NCBI GenBank assembly: GCA_018303505.1 | Contig: JAGVYA010000021.1 | Coordinates: 1 to 49,275, forward strand | From: Candidatus Woesearchaeota archaeon | GTDB lineage: Archaea; Nanobdellota; Nanobdellia; Woesearchaeales; GW2011-AR4 | Direction: 5' to 3' | Length of the DNA stretch: 49,275 bases | Shown: one piece after another, positions 10,450-17,821 of the stretch | How the letters are laid out: each line of letters opens with the position of its first letter | How positions within the stretch are numbered: position 1 is the first letter of the stretch | Made by a program: the position numbers and the translations under genes | Notes under the pieces: model-generated | What the model was told of the DNA's origin: nothing | The model's input: only the letters and a program-made list of their open reading frames with translations | Databases searched by the model: none

Positions 10450-10938
10450 TTATTGGTTTTTGTGCAATCTGAGAATTCTGTTTATTAATTTGGTTGTCGA
10501 ATAACCTTTCTCCATTTTTGCAATTACAACTTTGCCGCCATTCTTTTCAACAACACCTTTTTCAATAATTTGGCTTAGCTTGTAGTCGCCAGCTTTTACA
10601 TGAACATGTGGCTTTATTTGTGAAATCCATTTTATAGGGTTTTTCTCATTAAACAAAAAAACATAGTCAATGCTTTTAAGTCCTGCCAAAACTGCTATAC
10701 GAGCTTTCTCATCATTGATTGGTCTTTTATCTCCTTTATTCTGCTTTACCGAAAAATCTGTATTAACTCCAACAATCAAAACATCTCCAAGCTTTTTTGA
10801 TTCTTCCAAATATTTGACATGCCCGAGATGAAGAATGTCAAAAATGCCGTTTGTTGTAACAATTTTTTTATTTTGTTTCTTTAGTTTTTGGACTATTGGG
10901 ATTAATTTTTTTAATGTTGTAATTTTGTTGTTTGACAT
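10450..10938 (-). CDS. rfaE2: D-glycero-beta-D-manno-heptose 1-phosphate adenylyltransferase (RfaE domain II)
   Basis: TNGIFDILHLGH, GDVLIVGVNTD, KGDKRPI, KAGDY, GYSTT. Confidence 0.9.
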   Translation of the reverse strand: MSNNKITTLKKLIPIVQKLKKQNKKIVTTNGIFDILHLGHVKYLEESKKLGDVLIVGVNTDFSVKQNKGDKRPINDEKARIAVLAGLKSIDYVFLFNEKNPIKWISQIKPHVHVKAGDYKLSQIIEKGVVEKNGGKVVIAKMEKGYSTTKLINRILRLHKNQ

Positions 10939-10950
10939 CTTAATTTTTAT

Positions 10951-11520
10951 TCACTTTTGATATTTGCTATCCTTCTTCAAAATCCATTTTGCAGCATCAA
11001 GCAAATTCTTTGCAAAATAATCCGGACTTACTTCATTTTTAGCATTAATGCCATAGCCAGTCAGCACGTGAATTGTCTTGCAGCCTACATTTTTCCCCAT
11101 TTCAAAATCGCTTTTTCTGTCGCCTATCACAAATGATTTTTTCAAGTCAATTCCAAACTCTTCTGCTGCTTCTTGAAGGAACTTTGTTTTTGGCTTGCGG
11201 CATTCGCAGTTGTCCTCTGGCTTATGAGGGCAGTAATATGTTTTTTGAATTTTTATATTCTGTTTTTTCAATTCTTTAATTAAATGGTTATTGAATTTAT
11301 TGAAATCTTCTAATGTGTAATATCCCCTTCCGATGCCTGATTGATTTGTGATAATAATTAGCTTAAAATCTTTTGATAATAATTTTAAACCTTCGACTGC
11401 ATTTGGTATTAATTTGAAATCTTCCAGCTTATGATGGTAGCCAACGTCTTCAACCAAAACGCCATCCCTATCGACTAAGATTGCTTTGTTTTTGTTTTCT
11501 CCAATTTTTGTGGTATTCAT
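10951..11520 (-). CDS. gmhB: D,D-heptose 1,7-bisphosphate phosphatase (HAD family); current N-terminus is supplied by the inserted element
   Basis: DRDG, ITNQSGIGRG, CPH..EDNCECRKP, IGDRKSD. Confidence 0.92.
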   Translation of the reverse strand: MNTTKIGENKNKAILVDRDGVLVEDVGYHHKLEDFKLIPNAVEGLKLLSKDFKLIIITNQSGIGRGYYTLEDFNKFNNHLIKELKKQNIKIQKTYYCPHKPEDNCECRKPKTKFLQEAAEEFGIDLKKSFVIGDRKSDFEMGKNVGCKTIHVLTGYGINAKNEVSPDYFAKNLLDAAKWILKKDSKYQK

Positions 11521-12289
11521 TGTATCTCTTTCTATATTCTGGGTTTTGCATTCTTCTCTGATGATTTATTTGATGTTGCTTTTTTATAAGTTCATGTCTT
11601 ATAGGATTTGCCATATACTTATAGTATCTAATCTTATCTTTTTGCCTTCTTTTTAAATTTTCTTCATTTAATCTTTTATTGTTTTCTTCTGCAAACGGTC
11701 CTAACTTGTAATTCATGCATTTAGGAATGTAATCTTTTATCAAATTTAAGAATTTCTTAATTTGTTGAACACTAAAATACAAGTAATATCTCTTATAATC
11801 TCTGTTTATGGTGCAATTTATATCAAATTTTTCTTTCAAGAAATCCACTAAAATTTTGTTTTCTTCATATGACACATAAGTGGCAATTTTCGCATTTTGA
11901 TTTATATATCCAAAAGAACCATCATCACAATACCATATAGCCAATGCTAATGGTCCTACCTTCTGCAATGTTTCTTTTGCTATACATTTCTTATTATTTT
12001 TGTAAAATATTTTAAAATAACTGGTTAATACCGGGTGTGTTTTTGTCAATAATATTATATGGTAATAAACTTTGTTTGTGCGTGAATCAAAAACCTTAAA
12101 TTCTAAAGTTTTAGGTCTAAAACAATCTAAATATTTAGCTTTATATTCTAGATATTTTTTTTGTTTGAGTGAATGCTGTATCCTAAAATTTGCATTTATT
12201 GCTTTGCCTCTCAGTTGTAATCCACCATCCCCTAACAAACTTCCAATTAAAACTTGTTCTGCATCTAAATCTACTTTAGTGTATACCAT
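11468..12289 (-). CDS. LAGLIDADG homing endonuclease (two-motif, LAGLIDADG_2-like) with basic C-terminal tail
   Basis: VLIGSLLGDGGL and LALAIWYCDDGS motifs, plus QHSLKQKKYLEYK and IPKCMNYKL. Start placed at the ATG at 12289, preceded by GGAGGT. Confidence 0.92.
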   Translation of the reverse strand: MVYTKVDLDAEQVLIGSLLGDGGLQLRGKAINANFRIQHSLKQKKYLEYKAKYLDCFRPKTLEFKVFDSRTNKVYYHIILLTKTHPVLTSYFKIFYKNNKKCIAKETLQKVGPLALAIWYCDDGSFGYINQNAKIATYVSYEENKILVDFLKEKFDINCTINRDYKRYYLYFSVQQIKKFLNLIKDYIPKCMNYKLGPFAEENNKRLNEENLKRRQKDKIRYYKYMANPIRHELIKKQHQINHQRRMQNPEYRKRYNEYHKNWRKQKQSNLSR

Positions 12290-12500
12290 TTTAATAACCT
12301 CCGCAGTTTTTGAACTGCAAGAGTTTCCTAAAATTTTTGAGCCATATGTTTTTAGGCTTACCGTAGCCGACCTTTCTGAAGGAAAGGAAAAAACATAATG
12401 AGCGAAAAAATTACTCATTTAATCATCTCTCAAGAATTAGACCTTTAAATAGTTCACGCGAAAATGTCCAGTGCTTTTTTGTCCAGTGGTACGTAATTCC
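11473..12500 (-). mobile_element. 1028-bp homing-endonuclease insertion in the 5' end of gmhB
   Basis: Bounded by two versions of the KAILV codons: AAG GCA ATT CTA GTT G (12515-12500) and AAA GCA ATC TTA GTC G (11487-11472). Removing it gives MKKAILVDRDG, coupled by ATGA to the upstream stop. Confidence 0.85.
12441..12460 (-). promoter_or_regulatory. Putative BRE/TATA promoter inside the insertion
   Basis: Minus strand reads cgcgtgaacTATTTAAAgg, preceded by two direct CACTGGACA repeats. Confidence 0.5.
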
Positions 12501-12521
12501 AACTAGAATTGCCTTTTTCAT
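12501..12521 (-). pseudogene. gmhB: Stranded original gmhB N-terminus (MKKAILV)
   Basis: ATG overlaps the TGA of the kinase gene. The peptide matches the KAILV that precedes DRDG 1 kb downstream. Confidence 0.75.
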
Positions 12522-13409
12522 AGGTTCTCAATTTCCCTTTTTATTTCGTCAATGCTTACAGAAGCAGTTCCTATTTTTCCAACTTTTATGCCTGCAGCAA
12601 TATTTGCTAATGTGGCAGCTTCTTCAAGATTTGCTCCTGATGCCATTGCAAGAGCAATTGTAGCAACAACTGTGTCGCCTGCCCCAATCAAGCTGTAAAC
12701 TTCTTTTGCATTTGCCGGGATGTGCTTTATGCTTCCATCCCTCTCAAACAAAGACATTCCTTTTTCTCCTCTTGTTATAAGCACATTTGTGTTGAGATAC
12801 TTCAACAGCTTATTGCCAATTTCTATTAAAGCATCATCACTTTCATCCTCGATATTAGTCATTTCACTTGCTTCTGCGTTATTTGGAGTTATCAAAGTTA
12901 CATTTGCATATAAGTCACGGTGCTTTGGCTTTGGGTCCACTATCACGATTTTGTTGTTTTCCCTTGATATTTGGATTAGCCTTTGGCTTATCTCAGGAGT
13001 TATAACCCCTTTTGCATAATCTGAAATTACAACAACATCAATATCTTTGATTGTTTTTTCCAGAAAAGTTATCATTGCGCTTTCTATATTTTTATGAACA
13101 TGCTCTTTTTTCTCATAATCAACCCTTAGCAATTGCTGGCTTCTTCCGACAATTCTCACTTTTTGCGTTGTTGGCTTGTCATTATCGGTGAAAATGCCGT
13201 TTGTGTTTATTCCTTTCCTTTTCAGCTCTTCAAGCAGAATATTCTTTGCTTCGTCATTTCCAGCTATTCCAACCATGAAAGCATTTCCATCAAGCGCAGC
13301 TACATTATTGGCCACATTTGAAGCTCCTCCCGGCTCATAGGTTTCTTTCAGCACATTTACAACCTGCACAGGCGCCTCTGGGCTTATTCTTTAGTAGTCT
13401 TTGTTTCAT
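12518..13409 (-). pseudogene. rfaE1: D-glycero-D-manno-heptose 7-phosphate kinase (RfaE domain I, PfkB family) with 5' deletion/frameshift
   Basis: RISPEAPV, PGGASNVA, SDYAKG, VDPK, TPN, GAGDTV. The ATG at 13409 (MKQRLLK) is out of frame with RISPEAP, there is an in-frame TAA at 13391-13393, and the conserved 'V.GD.MLD.Y' segment is absent. Confidence 0.75.
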
Positions 13410-13565
13410 TTTTTAATTTATTTTTTTCAATGTTTTATTTAATTGATAATTTTTAATTTTTTCAATTTTAATTATGTTTTATTAAATATAAACTTGATGT
13501 TTTTTGTAATTTTATTTTTTACTTTCTCAGCGCATTATTTATATTATCGTTTCAAAAAAATCTCA

Positions 13566-14459
13566 TCAAATATTATCAACAATCTTTCTATGCAGTGTTG
13601 GTATTGTTTTTTCGTGCTTCTCTATTATTATAAATCCTTTTCCTCCTAATGATGTCGGCCTTTTCACAACATTTTCTCTTGGGCGATAATGGTCTATCAT
13701 GTCAAGGTTTGCTGCTGTTATGTTTTCAACTTTAAAGCCCAGATTTCTTGCTATTGTTAAAGCCTTCAAAAAAATTTCTGGAAGTATTACAGCACATCCT
13801 AGATTTAAGATAACACCATCTTCAAGCTTGCTCACGCTTTCTGCAAAAACCTTGAAGTCATGATAACTGGTTTTGCCAATTGCAGCTCCATCACAGCTTG
13901 GATGCTGATGTATTATATCGGTTCCGATTGCGACATGAACTGTTGCTGGCATGTTTAATTTGTAGGCATTCCATAAAATGCTGTATTCTTTGTTTGGCAA
14001 GTTTAAGTCATTAATTTTCTTTCCAATTGCAAAGCCCATTCCAAAGTTATTCTTTGCGCCTTCATTTATTGCCCCATTAAGAATGCCTCCAGTTTCCTCT
14101 ATCATTCCAAAAGTGCCGTCTTCGATTGTCTGCTCGACATATTCCGATGTTTCTCCGATAAGCGCAAGCTCAAAATCATGGATTGGGCCTGCGCCATTCA
14201 TTGCAATATGCTTTATTATGCCTTTTTTCATCAAGTCAATAATAAGCAAACTCATGCCAACCTTCATCACATGTGCGCCAATCATAAGAATTATTTGTTT
14301 ATTGTTTTTGTAAGAATTAATAATTTTGTTAACCAATTCATTGAAATCGTTTGAATTCATCATAATTTTAGAATTCTCAGGCATAATCAAATCATTCAAT
14401 CTTACTTTATTCTTTCTTTGCTTTATAGATATAGTTTTTATCTTATTAAAGTCCAACAT
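13566..14459 (-). CDS. Conserved hypothetical protein, probably deoxyhypusine-synthase-like (DHS-like) fold, within the heptose cluster
   Basis: GAHVMK.G, MNGAG.IHDFE, ETSE.V, TVHVAIGTDI.HQHP, G.AVILPE.FLKAL motifs. Confidence 0.6.
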   Translation of the reverse strand: MLDFNKIKTISIKQRKNKVRLNDLIMPENSKIMMNSNDFNELVNKIINSYKNNKQIILMIGAHVMKVGMSLLIIDLMKKGIIKHIAMNGAGPIHDFELALIGETSEYVEQTIEDGTFGMIEETGGILNGAINEGAKNNFGMGFAIGKKINDLNLPNKEYSILWNAYKLNMPATVHVAIGTDIIHQHPSCDGAAIGKTSYHDFKVFAESVSKLEDGVILNLGCAVILPEIFLKALTIARNLGFKVENITAANLDMIDHYRPRENVVKRPTSLGGKGFIIIEKHEKTIPTLHRKIVDNI

Positions 14460-14463
14460 TTTA

Positions 14464-14744
14464 TTTAAACATCAAAATTCCACTTATGTATCATAAGTGG
14501 TTTACATATAACTAAACATTGCATGGAATTTGGATGTCAGGAAAATGCAATGCATTTTCAGGATCTCGAAAATCTATGATTTTCGCGATGCTCAAAAACC
14601 ACTCAAATAAGTGGAATTTTGTAGCCATGAAAATTCAAGGAATTTTCAGGGTTTCGAAAATCGTGGATTTTCGCAATGTCCAAAACCAATGAATGTGATA
14701 GTAATATAATCATGCCACCCATCTATGATGTGTGGTTTTTGACA
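14464..14744. repeat. ~285-bp multi-hairpin dispersed element, copy 1
   Basis: Near-identical to 47718..48010. Contains many inverted repeats with 3-nt loops. Confidence 0.9.
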
Positions 14745-14765
14745 GATTAATAAAATTTTAACCAG

Positions 14766-15335
14766 CTAAGATATGCTCTTATCAACAAATTCGCAAATTA
14801 TGTGGAAAACCATAAGATGGTTTTCCTGTATTACTGGAGTATTATCTGAAGGAACTATAATCTCTATGTCAGAAGCATTCTTCATCTTGCCACCTCCTTT
14901 TCCAAGAAGACTTATAACATTCATCTTCAGTTTCTTTGCTTCATCAACAGCCCTTATGATGTTTTCTGAGTTGCCGCTTGTAGATATTGCAACAAAAACA
15001 TCATTTGGTTTCGCGAGAGCATGTAGTTGCCTTGCAAAAACTGTGTGGTACCCATAATCATTTGACCATGCAGTAAGCAACGAAGAGTCTACAGTCAATG
15101 CAATCGCAGGCAGAGCTTTTCTTTCCTTTTTGTATCTGCCTACAAATTCTGCCGCAAAATGGGAAGCCTGCGCTGCGCTTCCCCCATTTCCTGCAAGAAA
15201 AACCTGGTTTCCGGTCATGAAAGCTTTTAGTATTGCCTTCGCGGCACTTTCTATATCTGCAATTATTGACTCGTCAAGCATTGCCTTCTTTACTTGAAGG
15301 CTTTCAACAATCATAGTTTTTATGTCTTCTTTCAT
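14766..15335 (-). CDS. gmhA: Phosphoheptose (sedoheptulose-7-phosphate) isomerase
   Basis: GNGGSAA, HFAAE..GR, NDYGY..VFARQ, ISTSGNS, IQE.H. AGGTGA ribosome-binding site. Confidence 0.95.
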   Translation of the reverse strand: MKEDIKTMIVESLQVKKAMLDESIIADIESAAKAILKAFMTGNQVFLAGNGGSAAQASHFAAEFVGRYKKERKALPAIALTVDSSLLTAWSNDYGYHTVFARQLHALAKPNDVFVAISTSGNSENIIRAVDEAKKLKMNVISLLGKGGGKMKNASDIEIIVPSDNTPVIQENHLMVFHIICEFVDKSIS

Positions 15336-15346
15336 GCAATCACCTT

Positions 15347-15365
15347 AGTATGAATATTTCATACT
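15347..15365. promoter_or_regulatory. Perfect palindrome AGTATGAA-tat-TTCATACT, candidate operator
   Basis: Lies between the gmhA TATA box (about 15382-15389) and its RBS, in the divergent intergenic region next to an RHH protein gene. Confidence 0.5.
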
Positions 15366-15463
15366 TTAATTAAGCCTACTATTTAAATATTTTGTTTTTC
15401 CAAAGTATATATTCTACAATATAAAAATATATAAAGTAATACTTTTTACTACTTTATCATACC

Positions 15464-16213
15464 ATGACTAAGTCAAAGATTGCCATATCGCTAGATAGTT
15501 CTTTGCTCAAGCTAGTTGATTCTAAAGTAGACGGCTCTGTAATAAGAAGCAGGTCACAAGCAATAGAATACTTTTTAAAAAAAGGTATTCAGGAGCAGTC
15601 AGTCAATGTTGCGGTGTTATTGCTGAAAGGTGAGCACCAGGCTTTTGCATTAAAAGATATCAAAGGCACATCATTAATCAAACACCAAATTAATTTCTTT
15701 TCAAAATTTGGCATAAGCACAATATACATCATAACGCAGCATACTAAAAATATAAATATGCTTCTTGATGAAATTTCAGATTCAAAAATAAATGTTGAAA
15801 TTGTGGAAAAACAAGCAAAGGGAAATGCTGACGCACTCAAAGCTATTAAAGAAAAAGTAAATAACAACTTCATTGTAATGTCAGGCGACACTTATAACAA
15901 CTTTGACATGTTAAAAATGATAAAAAAACATACAGAATCTGAGAAGATTGCCACAATGGGGCTGATGACAAGGGAAAAAACAAGTAGTTACGGCACGGCA
16001 ATTCTTGATGGCGACTTAATTGTTGATTTTCAGGAAAAGCCAAAGCATTATTCCACCAATATAGTCAATGCAGGAATTTATATTTTTAATCCTGAAGTGT
16101 TTGAGATATTTGAAAATGCGGTTTCATTGGAAAAAGATTTGTTTCCAAAGCTGGCAAGAACAAAGCAGTTAGTCGGCTTTTTTACGTATGGAGAGTACAG
16201 GCACGTAGTTTAA
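15464..16213 (+). CDS. Ribbon-helix-helix (CopG-like) domain fused to a sugar-nucleotidyltransferase-like domain
   Basis: N-terminal KIAISLD..LL..VD...RSRSQAIE (RHH), followed by MSGD, YG, FQEKP, VNAGIY and SLEKD.FP. The GGxGTR motif is missing. Confidence 0.8.
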   Translation: MTKSKIAISLDSSLLKLVDSKVDGSVIRSRSQAIEYFLKKGIQEQSVNVAVLLLKGEHQAFALKDIKGTSLIKHQINFFSKFGISTIYIITQHTKNINMLLDEISDSKINVEIVEKQAKGNADALKAIKEKVNNNFIVMSGDTYNNFDMLKMIKKHTESEKIATMGLMTREKTSSYGTAILDGDLIVDFQEKPKHYSTNIVNAGIYIFNPEVFEIFENAVSLEKDLFPKLARTKQLVGFFTYGEYRHVV

Positions 16214-17346
16214 ATTAATTTCTCAACTTCTTTCAGTGCATCATTCACGCTTATATTTTTCATGCATTTCTGATAATCATTGCTGTCTTTTGGGTACAAG
16301 CAGTCTGGAACTTGCCCTTTGTGGACATTAATGCAGGGACTAAACTCGCAATTATTGCCTTTGTATAAACCAATATTTCCTTCTCCATAAGGTCCAAACC
16401 TTATGGGAAGATTTGGTCCAAATAAGCCAAGTGTCTTTACACCTTGAGCAGCTGCAATATGCATCGGCCCAGCGTCATTGCCAATAAAAAGATTAGATTT
16501 GCCAATCAAATAAAATAATTGTTTTAAAGTTATTTTTCCAGCTGCGTTTATTGTTTTGTTTTTGCTTTCCATGATTTTTTGTATATCTTCAATCAATTTA
16601 ATCTCATCCGAAACACCAACAAAAATCACCTTTGCATTGTGCCTTGCTATTATTTCGTCGCAAAGCTCAGCATATCTATCAAATAGCCACATCCTCGCTT
16701 TTGCTGATTCTGCAGCGCCTGTAGCAACGCAAACAATAAAATCATTGCTTTTTATTTCATTATTTTTTAGAAATTTATCAACAATATTTTGGTCATTTTT
16801 TGAGAAATTCAATTTTGGTAAATTATTTATGGTATAATTAATATCTAAAACTCTTGCCAAATCCAAGAAAGTTTGAACAGCATGCTGTTTGTCGTTGTAT
16901 TTTACTTTATTTGTGTATAATCCTGCTCTTGCATTATGGGAATAGCCAACAATTCTTTTGCCGACAAAAAAAGAAATGATAGATGATATGTTTAGATATT
17001 CTTCCATGTCTATAACCAAATCATATTTTTGAGTGTTTTTTATGATAAAATTTAGAATTGAAAATGGATTTAAATTCAACTTAACTGTTTTATTTATATT
17101 TTTATTATTGTAATAAACATCCTCATTTCTTGATGTAACTAAGACATTAATCTCTGCTTTAGGAAATCTTTTTCTTAGCGCTTCAATTGCAGGCAATGTC
17201 AAGATTGTTTCGCCAATGCCCCACAATTGAACTACTAATATTTTTTTAATTTCTATGCTGTCATGAGTTTTCCTATTAAATAAGCCTAGGAAATTACAAA
17301 TAGTATTTCCAACATATCTGTCAAAAAATTTTATTATCGGTATCAT
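16210..17346 (-). CDS. Glycosyltransferase family 9 (ADP-heptose heptosyltransferase-like)
   Basis: GIGE.IL..P....LR...P.AEI, GK..L, GNDAGPMHIAAA, LFGP. Start set about 25 nt downstream of a TATA box. Confidence 0.9.
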   Translation of the reverse strand: MIPIIKFFDRYVGNTICNFLGLFNRKTHDSIEIKKILVVQLWGIGETILTLPAIEALRKRFPKAEINVLVTSRNEDVYYNNKNINKTVKLNLNPFSILNFIIKNTQKYDLVIDMEEYLNISSIISFFVGKRIVGYSHNARAGLYTNKVKYNDKQHAVQTFLDLARVLDINYTINNLPKLNFSKNDQNIVDKFLKNNEIKSNDFIVCVATGAAESAKARMWLFDRYAELCDEIIARHNAKVIFVGVSDEIKLIEDIQKIMESKNKTINAAGKITLKQLFYLIGKSNLFIGNDAGPMHIAAAQGVKTLGLFGPNLPIRFGPYGEGNIGLYKGNNCEFSPCINVHKGQVPDCLYPKDSNDYQKCMKNISVNDALKEVEKLI

Positions 17347-17383
17347 GCATAGAAGCAAAATTATGCCTTATTTAAATCTATAT

Positions 17384-17473
17384 ATAGACAATTGCGTTGA
17401 TTATTGGATTTGTACGCAATTGTCTATCTCGTAAATTGCGGCTATTTATTATACTAATCACCGCAATTTACGA
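17384..17473. repeat. Twin hairpins sharing an AATTGCG/CGCAATT core
   Basis: atagacaattgcgt-N16-acgcaattgtctat and tcgtaaattgcgg-N19-ccgcaatttacga. Confidence 0.8.
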
Positions 17474-17484
17474 TATAAGAAATC

Positions 17485-17820
17485 TTATTTCTTTTTGCTT
17501 TTACTCGTAGCAATTGCCCTAACAATAGTTTCAAGCTGTTTTTGGTTTTTTCGCGCAATCGTGTAGGTATAGAAAATAGATGCTATTAAAAAAAGAAATC
17601 CACTTATAATCAGCAAATCAAGAGCCCTCAAGAATCCGCCTACCTTAACTATTGGATCAAGTATATTTGGAAACAACGAAATTAAAATAAAAACTCCCCA
17701 GACTAAAAACCAAAAAGTCAATTCTTTTGTTGAGAACTCTTTTCTTTTGTAATTTAGGAAAGAATAATACAGCATAAACAATCCAAACAAAAAGCCCGCT
17801 ATCTGTATTCCTAGCGCCAT
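17485..17820 (-). CDS. DUF2304 family membrane protein
   Basis: Three TM segments, FW...W, FP, G..R..D and a C-terminal L..IVR.IA; sits directly after a GT2 gene. Confidence 0.8.
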   Translation of the reverse strand: MALGIQIAGFLFGLFMLYYSFLNYKRKEFSTKELTFWFLVWGVFILISLFPNILDPIVKVGGFLRALDLLIISGFLFLIASIFYTYTIARKNQKQLETIVRAIATSKSKKK

Positions 17821-17821
17821 T

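Noticed and set aside
12290-12418. 43-codon N-terminal extension of the endonuclease ORF in the ORF track
   Set aside because: A strong GGAGGT precedes the ATG at 12289; the extension coincides with hairpins and looks like leader RNA.
11473-12500. Intein or group I/II intron interpretation of the LAGLIDADG insertion
   Set aside because: The ORF is out of frame with gmhB, has its own RBS and stop, and lacks C1/HN splice residues. No P7 (R/S) or domain V sequence is visible, and no non-coding space exists at the 3' end.
13410-13565. 68-aa ORF 13443..13649 and AT-rich tract
   Set aside because: Low-complexity intergenic sequence; it does not contain the missing kinase segment.
14464-14744. CRISPR array
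   Set aside because: No regularly spaced identical repeats with unique spacers here or elsewhere in the window, and no cas genes.
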